Positions 28,167 to 44,920 of a DNA stretch of 64,000 bases are shown one piece after another. Position numbers and translations under genes: made by a program. How positions within the stretch are numbered: position 1 is the stretch's first letter; every line of letters starts with the position of its first letter. The notes beneath the pieces are model-generated. The model made no database searches. It saw only the letters and a list, made by a program, of their open reading frames with translations, and had not been told where the DNA came from. Source of the DNA: Octopus vulgaris (taxonomy: Eukaryota); the NCBI GenBank assembly GCA_951406725.2, contig OX597824.1, positions 89,280,001 to 89,344,000 on the forward strand, in the 5' to 3' direction.

Positions 28167-29049
28167 AATTGTTCCATTTGGCAAAATATTTGGAAGGCCC
28201 AGCAGGCCTCAAGAGACATTCGTGTCCGTAGTATATTATTAACGTTTTATTTTACTGAACTTTCATTTGTCTTTCACGACGAGAGAGTTCATCATAATAC
28301 ATACATACATACATACATACATACATACATACATACATACACACGTATGAACTAAACAGACCAGGGGGAAACACGTGGCTGGAAGAGTCGTTGAAGAAGT
28401 CATTGACTTGTGGCGAAAAATTTCCTGACGATGGACATAAGATAGAATAAGAACAATTATAAACGAGTGAAGAACGAATATATAGTCCATATGTTTATTT
28501 AGCCACCACAAAAGAAGACGACCGTCCCGAAATATAACTATATATGTATGTTTGAATGTGTGTGAATGTGTGTATGTGTATATATATATATATATATATG
28601 TGTATATATATATAAGAAAAGGCCTATATACTAACAGAAAAACATGTTATGATACCTTTCTTGAATCACATGCGTACACATACACTGGCAATCGCGCAAA
28701 CACACTCGGCGTGAGCGATATACTATTATAGAGTGAAAAAGTTTACCATCAGAAAATAAAAGATGGACAAACAGAGAAAGAGAGAGAGAGAGAAGGAGAG
28801 GGGGGTACCAGTGAAGTACTGGGATCGATGGAATCAGTTAAACCCCTCCACTCGAAGTTACTGTCCTTGTGCTTAAATCGATAATGCTATTTACTGGCTT
28901 GCATTCAAGTAAAGTAGTCAACCGTATCCAAAAGCCATGTAACGGCTAGTAAATACATCAGTGTTGAAGGTCATCAGTTTTAGACAAATTTTTTATGTAC
29001 GGAGACAAAGAAGCGTAAAAGTACAGGGTGCCATGTTTACCGAACACAA

Positions 29050-29131
<82 letters not shown>

Positions 29132-29381
29132 TGATGATGATGATGATGATGATGATAATTACAAGCAGAGATAATCTAAGTTGAACATATTAGTTCATAA
29201 TGTTCCCGCATTTAGAAAGCAATATCGAGAATAAGAGAATAACAATATTTATTATGTAAGATAACAATGGCCACCGACATATATCGACGGTGAACGACTA
29301 AAAGGAAAAAGACACGTCAAATCTAAGTAGACAAACAAAAACAACGAAGAAAATGAAGAAAATGAGCACTAAAATTGGCAA

Positions 29382-29442
<61 letters not shown>

Positions 29443-29645
29443 GTAGACGTAGCTTATTGGGCGGTATAATTATCATATATCATAATGGAGCAGACGACAG
29501 CTAACTATTGGTGCGAAAACATCGGTCAGTCGAATTTAGGTTGACTGGAATTATTCAACCAGCCTGCATCCGACGCCGCCATATTAATGCCGAAAATATA
29601 TTTATGTTCAATTGCGTGTATGTAGCGTATACATTTATGTGTTAG

Positions 29646-29712
<67 letters not shown>

Positions 29713-29737
29713 GTCGGTCTGTCTGTCTATCTGTGAA

Positions 29738-29823
<86 letters not shown>

Positions 29824-29936
29824 ACTGCATCGCAGTTCTTAACATTTATGTATTAACTTTGTTAGGTGCTTCACTAGCAGTATATTGGATATATGTTATC
29901 CCATGGAGGGTTTCACTTACAACCCCTATCTCAATT

Positions 29937-30049
<113 letters not shown>

Positions 30050-30337
30050 CAAAAGAAAAACAGAATGTAGAGGATTTAGTGGTACATATGTTTCTGGCTT
30101 TATTAGACAGTTTATATCAATGCATAATTGATGTAATATGTATGTCAATAGCCTTCTTCACAATTATCACACCAAAGACATGTATTACATTATAAGTTTT
30201 GGAAAAAGACGAGTTTCGTTGGGGATGCAAATCCTTATAGTCGTATACAGCAGAGCGAGACATGCGTGTATATATACGAAGGTCAGTCAGAAATAAATAT
30301 TGCATTACTTTCTGACTCACCATAGTTAGTTTATAAA

Positions 30338-30409
<72 letters not shown>

Positions 30410-30413
<4 letters not shown>

Positions 30414-30801
30414 ACTTGTTTCAGTCATTTGACTGCGGCGATGCTGGAGCACCACCTTAATCGAACAAATCGACCCCAGGACTTATTCTTTGTAAGCCCA
30501 GTACTTATTCTATCGGTATCTTTTGCCGAACCGCTAAGTGACGGGGACGTAAACACACCAGCATCGGTTGTCAAGCAATGCTAGGGGGACAAACACAGAC
30601 ACACAAACACACAGACATACATATATATATATACATATATACGACAGGCTTCTTTCAGTTTCCGTCTACCAAATCCACTCACAAGGCATTGGTCGGCCTG
30701 GGGCTATAGCAGAAGACATTTGCCCAAGATGCCACGCAGTGGACTGAACCCGGAACCATGTGGTTGGTTAGCAAGCTACTTACCACACAGTCACTGCTGC
30801 A

Positions 30802-30803
<2 letters not shown>
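30410..30803 (-). mobile_element. tRNA-derived SINE, full length
   Basis: Reverse complement of the 60412 family. Confidence 0.8.
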
Positions 30804-30869
<66 letters not shown>

Positions 30870-30887
30870 CGTACGTACGTACGTACA

Positions 30888-30923
<36 letters not shown>

Positions 30924-31220
30924 TATATGTATATATCACACGTGATCACGTGACAGACCAGACCATCAGATGTTACACATCGTTCGCGTTCGCATTGTTT
31001 TAGCCTTCGAATGACGCCACCCCGCTGGCTAAGCGGGTAGGCCAACAGAAGAAAGAGTGGGAGAAAGAGTACAGCAGGGATCACCACCCCTGCCGGGGCC
31101 TCGTGGAGCTTCTTTAAGTGTTTTCGCTCAATAAACACTCACAACGCCCGGTCTGGGAATCGATCCCGCGATCCTACGACCGCGAGTCCGCTGCCCTAAC
31201 TACTGGGCTATTGCGCCTCC

Positions 31221-31327
<107 letters not shown>

Positions 31328-31473
31328 TGGAATTTACCAAAAAACAAAAACAAAAGACGAAGACTGGTGTGTAAACAACAAACAGATGTATTAGTTTAAC
31401 GCTTGGGAAGTGAGAAAGTATTTATATACATACATACATATATATATGTATGTATTATATATATGCATATATG

Positions 31474-31571
<98 letters not shown>

Positions 31572-32772
31572 GCGCTTATATCAACAATAAAGTCGATATG
31601 CCTCGCAGGATGAGCCACAGGGTCTTATGAACTTTGCAGTCCAAAGAACAAAAAAAATCGTTTTTTCTCCTCCTTTGTATTATGTGGTATGCATACGTAT
31701 AATCTATTCGTATATTTCTCTTCTTTTTTTTCCCTGAAGACATCACTATGTACATCTATGTACCGCTGACTATGTTTGCAAGCGTGTATTAGATTACATG
31801 CATCAGTGTATGTAATACTGTAAAATATACATGGATGAGTAGGCGTTAAACTGAAGAATTACTCAATATCTTTTTGCGGAGAACATATTTCTTATACATT
31901 TACGAGAGGCGATAGTGACTTCGAAGTGTTGGCCTGCTCGCGCTGGTGTTAAATGGTTTTTCACGTGTAGTTTTTCGTAATTTTTTTGTGTAATAAGTTT
32001 AAAGTACGCACTTCCCGTTTATTATCCTTCGGTTGAATAATACGGGTATTATTTAATTTATTTTTCATTTGACGGTGATTGGACTGTAATGTTGCGAGCG
32101 TGTTTACACGCGTTGCGCGAGGTATGGAGATGGTACACAGTTAAAATACATTATTTCATTTGGAAAATAGAAATAAATTTTAATGAGTATTACTTACTCG
32201 GATATAGTCCAACACTTTGTCAGTTATTTTAGGCTCCGTTTGTAGTTTGTTCATAGTGCTTGCTCGTGGGCAGCACAAATTAGAGCCTCCGTTTCCGGTT
32301 TTAAATCATTTTTAGTCATCCACAGCCATCTTTTTTTCTCTGTCTGTCTTATCTTCAACATCCCTATAAAATTGTCCATGCATTCTTTTCTTTACCCACC
32401 TATTTTCAGTTTCATTCGTTTTCAATTTCTTATGTAGTGCTTTATCTTTGCAATCTTTCATCATACACAAGCCTGACCATCTTACTGCTAATATTAGCGG
32501 TTGTGAGTATTTCTTACATACCATGCTATGTTGTTTTCTTCTGCTCTAATGCTGTGTTCGCATCCAATAAGTCCTCTTCCCCCTCATTTTCTTGGTACAT
32601 ACAGTCTGTCTGTGTCACTTTTTGGGTGGAGTGTCCCATTTCTAGTGAGCAACTTCCTTGTCTTTCTGTATTAACTGTTTAGTTCGTCTACTGTCCATGC
32701 GATTACCCCTGCTCTATAACTAGAGTGAAACCGCCCAGGTGTTGATACCTTCAATCTTGTTCCGTCCGTTTT

Positions 32773-34401
<1,629 letters not shown>

Positions 34402-34418
34402 GTTACCATTTTTTACAG

Positions 34419-34484
34419 ATAGTTAGCGGGATCAACTATAAACTAACAGTACAAGCAGGCCCCCTTGGACCCAACAGTCACGTG
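34419..34484 (+). CDS. Three-domain cystatin, coding exon 4
   Basis: ttttttacag|ATA...GTG|gtaagt; 22 codons, IVSGINYKLTVQAGPLGPNSHV. Completes Q-IVSG followed by the typical xNY. Confidence 0.9.
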
Positions 34485-35222
34485 GTAAGTAACTTCACAA
34501 TTTTAATTTGTTTTTTCAATTGTGAATGTTGTTATTCTTTTTGTTGTTTTGCTTAATTTAACTTCAGCCAACTAAGATAGACTATCAAACAAAAAAAAAA
34601 ACCCTTCAAATCCTGACTAGTCATTGATATTTTTCGAATCACATTATAGAGGGGCCGTGAAGGTCATATGTGCAGTCGCTCATTCTAACCAAACCATAAA
34701 ACAAAGGAGTTTTTCTATTAGGGAATAGTATTTTCCTGTCTTTGGATTTTACCTTCCTACGTTTCCCTCACACTCATTCTGTTTTTATTTTCATTTTCAT
34801 TCGACAAAATACGGCTTGCTTAACAATGTCAAAATCTTCCATTTCTGCTAAGGTGTGATAGATTGATATATGTATATACATGTGTGTGCATTAATCAAAA
34901 TGTACAGTGTTATATATCTATTACATTCGAACTTACCAGTTGGTTTCACACTGGTATTAAACCGGATATTATATACCACCACTTGCTCGTCAGAACTGGC
35001 AATATGGAAAAATATATGGAGATTTCCCATACCTGCCGAATTTGATGAGCACAGTATTACATAACCGAGCTGTTATCTAACATCCAGTTTAATATCCAGT
35101 GCGAAACTCAACGGTAAGATCAGCCATAATCGACATATAAGACTGTACACTTTGCATAATGTACCCACTCAATTGACAAATATTAGAGTGCATATTTTTC
35201 TGACTTAAGGATTCAGAGTATA

Positions 35223-35267
<45 letters not shown>

Positions 35268-35399
35268 AGATGTATGTATACGGAAAAAAACAAAAGACGA
35301 AGACAGGTGGTGTACAGGAATAGAAAAAGACTTTTATGTTTCGAGCCTACGCTCTTCTACGGAAAGAGACACAGAAAACAAGGAGAGAATATATATATA

Positions 35400-35430
<31 letters not shown>

Positions 35431-36382
35431 CATACACACACACATATATACATATATACACACATATATATATATACTATTTATTATACATATATATATA
35501 TATACACTATTTATTATATATATATATATATATATACATGTATATATGTAGGTATGTATGTATATATGTATGCATGTATAATATGAGAAGTTTTTGTATC
35601 CGGAAGACCCAAAATGGCAGTAAAAGGCTATGTAAGTGCTACGGAGGGGCCGCTGTTAGACTCCCGGCTCTATAACAGTATGACTGAGGAGTCTAACGCG
35701 GGTCGTGTGTGAGCGTGTGTGTTTAGGTTTAATAAAACGAGACGGCAAACCCAAGACAGCGTGAAATTTCTATGACGTTTATAAAGAGAAAGCTAGTCTA
35801 CCTTTCTCTTTATAAATATCCCTAGAAATTTCACACCGCTTTGGTTTTGTTGTCTTATTTTATTTAACACACACAAACACACATACTTGTTTATTTATTT
35901 GTTTGCTTACTTGATTTTTGAATATATAAATTATGATTAAATTATAATGTTTCCTAGCGATTTGGTTTATCAACTTGACAGCAGATCATCGTTTGGTAAA
36001 CGGTCTTAGGATTCATAGTCGAGATTTAATAACCTGCTCAATTCTCTACTAGAATGGTTTGCTGTTCATCCAACACTACGCCATACACACACACGCACAC
36101 ATGTACACTCACATACACACATTCATACTACACGTACACACTTTCATACATGTACACATTCAAACTCACACACAGACATGCACATGTGCACATTGAAAAT
36201 CGCATAGTGTCACACATACACACACACACACTCATACACACACACACACAAACACACACTCATACAAACACACACACCAACACATACATACAAATGCACG
36301 CTTCTACTCACACGAACGCGTACACACACAAACATGCACACACGGACACACAAACACATATACATCCAAACACACAAACATA

Positions 36383-36441
<59 letters not shown>

Positions 36442-36505
36442 AAACATACACACACAAACATAGAAACCCACAAACACACCCAAACACACATGCACACACG
36501 CACAC

Positions 36506-36551
<46 letters not shown>

Positions 36552-37193
36552 AAATACTACCTACGCTCCTAACATTCATGCGACTACTTATTCACTAATG
36601 ACAAGTTGAATGTTTATGAAATTTTACCAAAATCCCTGGCTTTTTTATGTTGTAAGCGGTCATAATTCAGCGGATTTAAACCAATTATTTTTGTACTCTG
36701 TCTACTCGTCTCTCATGCTGAGCAAAATGTGTTTACAAAGTTTTTTTTGTTAGCGTCTTGGATATATGACTCTAAGCTCTGATCGTACCGGGATCGACAA
36801 TCTCTTTCATCTTTCGAGTTTCGGGGTCGATAAAACAAGACCTAGTCGACTACTAGAGTTGACACAATCGGTAAAATCTTCCCGCTTCTAAAATATTTCT
36901 GGTTTTCTTTTTCAATATTAAAAGATCGTTATCATTATTTTAAAGTAGTTTTATTTTTATTGCGTGATGTCTCAGCAGCTCTTGGTATCTTGGCTACGTG
37001 TAACGTTTTGCTTATTTATTATTATTATTTTTTTTTTTGGTTTTGTTGGTGTTACTGTACTGAAAGTGCCCTGTGTAAATGTGTGTGAACTATGACCTGC
37101 CATTATAGAACTACGCAACCTCCCTCGTTTGTTTTCTATCATTATAAATCTGTCTTGCTTTGTGATGTTCAAATCTGCAACAAACACGATATA

Positions 37194-37417
37194 TTGGGTT
37201 GGTGCATAATTATTGCGGCTTTTTTTTCCAACAAATTTTACCCGACTAAAACAACAGCATGTAACAAAAACATCTTTGAATGATTATTCCGGAGCATATT
37301 CACTATTTACTTCAATTACTGCTTCCCATTTGCTTGGCTGACGGTCAGACCGTCATTTAAAGACGCTTTTGTTAAAATTTGTTGAAAAAAAGCCGCAATA
37401 ATTATGCATCAACCCAA
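37194..37417. mobile_element. Mariner-derived MITE
   Basis: TIRs TTGGGTTGGTGCATAATTATTGCGGCTTTTTT and its reverse complement, TA on both sides. Interior keeps a transposase C-terminus (PSKWEAVIEVNSEY, - strand). Confidence 0.88.
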
Positions 37418-37484
37418 TATTTTAATATGTTGAACAAAACCTGAGAATGTCACTAGTTTTTCTTGAATCACCGATAGTGCTTAA

Positions 37485-37880
37485 CCAGTTGGGACTTTGG
37501 TGAACAGACTTATCACATCTAGACTCACCATCTGGGTATCCTTGATCAATTCTGTGAAGTGGGTGGAATTCTTCACGTATGATGTTGACTTTCCTGCTAA
37601 TGGACTGATTATATCCACAAGGAAGCGGCTCAGTGGATGACATTCTGAACCTCTACAGCTCACAATAGGTCTTAATGGAATACCATCCTTGTGAATCTTA
37701 GGAAGACTGTACATGTGTGGTAGTAAAGGTTTACTGTAGTGTTGAGTCAGTTGTCTGTACTTCATTGGTGTAAAATGATCCTTGTTCTTGATCAAGATCT
37801 GCGACAACTTCCTCTCTATTTTCAGAATTGGGCCTTTCTTTTCTTTGCTGTAGCTACCATCCCTTATAAGCCTTGCCAAA
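37485..37880 (-). mobile_element. Penelope-like reverse transcriptase fragment
   Basis: PHMYSLPKIHKDGIPLRPIVSCRGS...SYVKNSTHF...VSLDVISLFTKVP, the hallmark PLE RT motifs 1, 2 and A. Confidence 0.88.
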
Positions 37881-38823
37881 ACCGGAGAATTTTAAACAAG
37901 TTTTAATTTTATATCAGCGTGAAATACAATAATGATATTTTCTGTATGTGTTTTATACAAGTTTTGAGGATATAGGTTAGGAATTTGTCTGCATATTTTA
38001 AAAAATCTTTCCAAGCTATCAATCATAATAAAGATTTATCAGTTTTCAGTCTTCAATTTAGGTTATCTCTGTTTTCCAATCTTTATATTTGAATAATTTC
38101 ACCATTTCTTTGAGTGATAAATATCATCTCTTGAGACTGGCGAAACTCAGAGATGCGTTTAAAGTGTTTTAATACAATATTGTCATTTTTTTTATTACAG
38201 AGAATGATTAAGTTTATTGTGTGTTCGTTCTTTGCTGGTCGTTTTTGATGTTAAAATTCCATACTATTTTCACATTGTCATTTTCTGAAGCGCCATTCCA
38301 TACGCCTCCTGGTGATTTTCTCTTAAAGCTGTTGACATTTAATGGCAGATAATTTTGTTGGGTTGCAGAATCATTAGAGCGTCGGAAAAAAATGAATTGC
38401 AGTATTTGTTCTGGTTCTTAACGTTCTGAGTTCAAATTTCGCCGAGGTCAGCTTTGCTATTCATTCTTCTTGGGCCGATAAAATAAAATACCAGTCAAGT
38501 ACTGAGATTAACGTAATCGACGAACTTTTGGTCCCCGCCCCGCCAAAAAAAATTGGTTGAAGTAGCCTAGTGGTTAGAGAGTTGGTTCAATTCCTAGAGC
38601 AGGTTCTGCGTTGTGTTCTTGAGCAAAACACTTCATCTCACGATGCTTTGCATTTACTTTGACACCTGACGTGTGGCACACATTACACCTGTACATCGAT
38701 TTGATGGAGAGAGTGAGATAATGTACGACGCAGGCATTTGATCACCAGAAACAAATCCTTTGTGTAGGTCATCATTCGACAAAAGGCAAACACTCATACG
38801 TTGTCTTTGACAGGAGAGTCAAC

Positions 38824-38884
<61 letters not shown>

Positions 38885-38899
38885 GTTATTATTATTCTC

Positions 38900-38964
<65 letters not shown>

Positions 38965-38965
38965 C

Positions 38966-39028
<63 letters not shown>

Positions 39029-39032
39029 GCAG

Positions 39033-39266
39033 ACCCACGTTTGTGAGGTGATTGTCCTTCTTCAACGCTGGTTGAACCGCAAAGAAGTAACCAGTGTTGA
39101 ATGCCAGCCCTTGGGACCTGCCCCTTACGTTGGTGGCTGGCAAAAAGCTGCAAAAGACGATGCTAATGTGCTCAATGCTGCCAATTTTGCTATGAAAACA
39201 CTCAACGCCCAATGCAATTGCTTATTCCGCAAGAGTTTCACTGATATCATTTCTGTCACCAAACAG
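39033..39266 (+). CDS. Three-domain cystatin, coding exon 5 (end of D2, start of D3)
   Basis: (att)n gcag|ACC...CAG|gtaaga; 78 codons, THVCEVIVLLQRWLNRKEVTSVECQPLGPAPYVGGWQKAAKDDANVLNAANFAMKTLNAQCNCLFRKSFTDIISVTKQ. Classic cystatin GGW...A.FA...N helix. Confidence 0.92.
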
Positions 39267-39407
39267 GTAAGACTTTTTATTAAACTGCTACAGTCTAAAA
39301 AAAATGTAGTTTTTTAAGGCTGCGTCGCAAAATTGTTGTCAACGCTCTGAAACTGCTTCTCACACCGCACGTACTACACACATACCCACATATATGTGTG
39401 TATTTGT

Positions 39408-39444
<37 letters not shown>

Positions 39445-39595
39445 CGTGCGTGTAATATGACACTGTAGTAAACATACACACACGTACCCGTACATAGGCA
39501 CGCAGGGTGTCAATCTACTTTATTTCAAATACTTCAATTCTTTTTTTTTTATCAAATATTACAACTATATCAAGATTTTCTAAACATTTATATAT

Positions 39596-39651
<56 letters not shown>

Positions 39652-39791
39652 TCAAAATGAGCAACAAGAATGACTTCTTGCTGCTCATTTTGATTATAAT
39701 CACCCTACAGATTTATATGGATAACACCATACAGAATTCTGGTGCATCTAAATTAAGTACCATATTCATTTGAATCTAAATTTTTGCTGAA

Positions 39792-39859
<68 letters not shown>

Positions 39860-39961
39860 GGAGTAAACAGATAAATGTGAAACAAGGTGGAAAAAAGAGT
39901 ACTCAAATACCAGAGGTAGAGTAATATGCTTTATTTAAAAGCAGCTGAAATTTAACAAAAG

Positions 39962-39999
39962 CTGTTACTCGGAGTTTCACGTTCCCGTTCGTCGGACAG
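39962..39999 (-). ncRNA. Hammerhead ribozyme motif, CCGACGA core
   Basis: ctgt CCGACGA ACG-GGAA-CGT GAAA CTCCGAG TA^ acag. All three stems pair. Sits in a ~150 bp element (39858-40006) that recurs at 49960-50114. Confidence 0.75.
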
Positions 40000-40007
40000 T
40001 TTTGTTA

Positions 40008-40038
<31 letters not shown>

Positions 40039-40851
40039 TATATATATATATATATATATATCGCTCTTCGAGTGATTTTCTAGTTTTATAAGAAACAGTT
40101 TTTATATTCAACTGTTTCGTATTAAAGGATAGTTTTTTCCTATGTATGGTGACTTTTGAATCACCCTGTAGATTATAAAATAAAAAAAAAATATATATGC
40201 ATAGAAAAAATTATGTACTGTCTTATTTCGAATTTATTAGGCATGCTGAGCTCTTTCCGAAGAACGTGTACGAAAATATATTTGTTGATGTATTTAAAGA
40301 ATGTTTACAAGTAAGGACTCAGCCCAATTCCGTAATTTCAAGATTATAGTGATATTAAGTATTTCAATATCGCGGATTCTAGCCCTAAAACGGTTTGGCT
40401 AGTAATTTATTACATCTTCAATTTCTTTACAAAATTGCAAAAAAAGTCGTCTGTTTGGCGGCCATGTTTGATGAAGTTAATACACGTGTATCTATTTTTA
40501 TATTTGTTTATCTCACAAAAAAAAACTAAGTTGGATTTTAAATAAATATTTACGTATTACATATTGAAATGTATTCATAGCTGTATATTTTCCGTTAATT
40601 CCGCTTAAATTACGGACACAAAAACACATACACTCTTTCACACACACACATACACACACATACACACACACACACACACACACATGCATATATACATGCA
40701 CACGCACACACACACATGTATATATGCGGGTATGTATGCGTGTGTATATGTATCTCTGTAATCATTCAACTTCCATATTGTGTCTATTGAGCTCTTTACA
40801 TGATAACAGCATATATGAATACATACATGAAATATTAAACAGCTATAAAGC

Positions 40852-40888
<37 letters not shown>

Positions 40889-40897
40889 TGTATTTCT

Positions 40898-40935
<38 letters not shown>

Positions 40936-41477
40936 AAACAGACAGGCGCATATAAGTGCACACGCATCTAGACACACGCCCAAAATCCTAGCACACGCTC
41001 GAAATACAGAGATATACAGATTAAATATTCATTAAAATCACTCGAATCATGTAAAAAAGATATACACAAACATATACGCACACACCCACATGCATGCACA
41101 CAGACCTATATCTACAGATGTACGAATACACTCACACACACACACACGTATATGTGCGTGCATATGTGTGTGTGTGTGTTTTTTTTTGTGTGTGCGTGTG
41201 CGTGTAAGCAAAACATATACATATGTAAAACATGCGGACACACAGAGACAAAGATACTTGAAGTCAAATAAAATTGACAAGTAATCTCCTCAACGTACCG
41301 AAAGCAACCCAATGCAAAATGGCGTCGTTGTGTCGACTTTCCGCAACGTATCAAGGGAAGGACTGAGTCAGCCTTAACATAAAACAACATTCACTATCGT
41401 TTTTATCTCTTTCACTCTCCTTTTTCACTCTCTCGCACTTTCTCACTACCTTCTACTCTCTTCTCACCGTTTTTTCT

Positions 41478-41522
<45 letters not shown>

Positions 41523-41561
41523 CATCCATCCATCCATCCATCCATCCATCCATCCATCCAT

Positions 41562-41592
<31 letters not shown>

Positions 41593-41679
41593 TCTACCTA
41601 CCCACCTACCTGCCTGCCTGCCTGCCTACCTACCTGCCTGCCTGCCTACCTACCTATCTATCTATCTATCTATCTGATA

Positions 41680-41979
41680 CACGATCCCTATTGATCGTTT
41701 TTTTTCCTCTTCCCCTTTTTTTCCCCTTTTTTCTTCTTTTTTCATTTCTCTTTTCTTTTGTTCCTTTTCCTTTTCTTCTTTTTTATTTATTTATTTATTT
41801 TTTATTTTATTTGTTTTTGTTCTTTTCTTCCCTTTTACGATCCCTCTTGATCGAAAACCTACGCCACCCCTTTTTTTGTTTCTTTTGTTTTTTTTTTGTT
41901 TTTTACATTCCCCAAAAGAAAAGCTCTACCTTGTAACTTGTCCCATCTGTGTGCAGCCCTGTGTGGCCAATAAAGAAAC

Positions 41980-41980
<1 letters not shown>
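41680..41980 (+). mobile_element. 3' UTR fragment of the same Tx1-like LINE family
   Basis: Shares gatccctattgatcg and the gccctgtgtggccaataaag terminus with 12770-12900; also embedded in (TATC)n. Confidence 0.65.
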
Positions 41981-42048
<68 letters not shown>

Positions 42049-42287
42049 GATCGTTCGATCGATCAGTTTGTCTGTCTGTCTGTCTGTCTTCCTGTCTACA
42101 TCTTGATATCTAAACAAAGAGGCAGACAAACTGACAAGCAGGAATACTGCAGGTAGACACATTCCACTTGCTTGTCTTCGGGTCTGCCAGATGTTTAACT
42201 ACACCTTTATCGAATTATCTATCAATCAATCAATCCTTACATACATACATACATTCATACATACATACATACATACATAGACACATA

Positions 42288-42440
<153 letters not shown>

Positions 42441-43527
42441 GTAGGTAGGTAGGTAGATAGATAGATAGATAGATAGATATAGATACTTACAGACGCATAC
42501 GCACACAAACACACTCGCATACACATAAACACACGCACGTATTTATTGCAAATTATGTAATGCCAGCAACTCTATAATGCAAACGTTACCAGTTCCACAT
42601 ACATGACTATAAATAAAGACTCAAAGAATCAAACGGTACCAAAAGGAAGCATCCTTCAGGGGTTCCGGATATAAAGAAGATGTTAATTGAGTTTAAAGTA
42701 TAATTTAACATCAACATGTCACTGGAAATCCAGGAAATACAGCAGTGGAGTCTATAATAATTAAATTCAGGAGATGTTAGCGCTAAACAAATATTTATCC
42801 TATATGTTTACGGCTGTTTCGTGATCTTTATTCAGTTACATCATTGACGCTAAAGCGCCCTACACTCATATACATATGCCTTTAGATATACATATGTAGT
42901 TGTACAGTAACACAAGAAGCAGGTTTATTCTTCACAACCTTATATATATAAATTTATAATCAAAGATACAAGATAGTCCAAGCGTTGCTAGAAGTAAGAG
43001 TCGAAAAATACTCAAATAAGCCACAATATCACTGAAAATTTAAATTTTTAGTAATGTTGTGGCTTATTTGGGTATTTTTCGACTCTTATTTCTAGCAACG
43101 CTTGGACTATCTTGTACGTTTGATTATGAACTTATAAATCTACCTTTTTGGTTTTTATGCTTGCTAGCCTCTTATATTATTATTTATTAATAATATCTTT
43201 ATGTATGCATATATGTGCGTGTATGTGTGTATGTATGCATATAGACATGTATATGTACATATATATATATATGTATATGTACACACACACACTCATATAT
43301 ATATTTGTATATATGTAGGGAGAATTCACAAAAAAACAAAAGACGAAGACAGGTGGTGTAGACAAGAAACAGATGTATTAGTATAACTCTCGGGAACTGA
43401 AAAAGTCTTTAACGTTTCAAGCCTACGCTCTTCCACAGAAAGGAATGCTGAAAGAAACAAGGAGAGAAAATAAAGTATGTGTAGTGGCTAGCGATCTATC
43501 ATGGCGAAAGCCGGTCGCCTTAGAAGT

Positions 43528-43628
<101 letters not shown>

Positions 43629-43732
43629 GTTAGTCAGCTGGAGGAGCTGTATTCCTGATTCCGTGCTGCTACTTCTTACTTCTCGCTCAGAGATCTATTA
43701 TTGCTATGTATGTATATATATGTGTATGTATG

Positions 43733-43770
<38 letters not shown>

Positions 43771-44803
43771 GATACGCACCTGCTTATGTGCATTAATTGA
43801 TAGACACATATTTGCAAGCACATGCACAAAAATAACAGATATGCTAACGTTCTTACACGATGTGCAATATGCATCCTAGTCATAGCGGGTGGTATTTCAC
43901 CTGCCTCGCCTGTCATCGAACACCTGGCTGAATCCATTCTACCTTGACAGACAGGTACGGTCAGTCGTTGCAGTACAAGCGCACTTAGTACACATATCAT
44001 CACTTATGAGTTTCTCATAACTTATGTGTGTGTGTGTGTGTGTACGATGCTTTGCAGCATTTCATCCGCCTTTACGTTTTAAGTTCAAATTCTACCGAGG
44101 TCGAGTTGCCTTTCATCCTTCCAGGGGTCGATAAAATAAGTATCACTTGAGCACTGCAGCCAATATAATCGACTTAGCTCCTCCCACTGGCCTTGCTGGC
44201 CTTGTGCCAAAATTTGAAACTCGTATTAGTACAATGCTATGTGTAAAAAATAATTCACTGTTCAGGCAATTCCGATTGTTGTTAATCGCATCCATTTTGG
44301 ATGGAACTACCATTCAACGGGCGCCATGAGTAGTGTCATCCAAAATAAACGCGATTACAAACTCTCAAGATTAGAATGTTTGAACAATTGTGATTGCTTA
44401 TACATGAAACCATTGGTAGCGTTGTTAATCTACAAATGAAGGTTACCGATGTGTTATCACGTAAGCTCTTATATATTTTTAAATATATTTTTTTATGTTT
44501 ATACACTGATTCTCTACATGGTCTATTTTAGGACTGATTTATTGATTTCTTTTTTCAATTTTGATATATTTTTGTTTAAGGCGTTGACCTGGTAGAACTG
44601 TTAGCCCGCTGGACAAAATGCTTAGTGACATTACGTCCGTTTCTACGTTCTGGGTTCGACTTGGCATTTCACCCTTTCGGAGTCATTAAAATAAGTACCA
44701 GTTACTCACTGGGGTCAATGTAATCGACTTACATCTAACCTTCAAAACTTTTCGTCCTGTGACAGAATTTAAGAGTAATATTTTCTTTTTGTTTTTTCTT
44801 CAG

Positions 44804-44920
44804 CTTGTAAATGGTTGGAAGTACAAAATCGTTTGGAAAATCGGCGAATCGACCTGCCGCAACAACGAAGAAAATAACAGCAAGGGTCTTACTGAGTGTC
44901 CCCTGAAATCTGAAAATAAT
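44804..44920 (+). CDS. Three-domain cystatin, coding exon 6
   Basis: ttttttcttcag|CTT...AAT|gtatgt; 39 codons, LVNGWKYKIVWKIGESTCRNNEENNSKGLTECPLKSENN. Q-LVNG motif and the type-2 cystatin disulfide loop (ESTC...EC). Confidence 0.92.
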
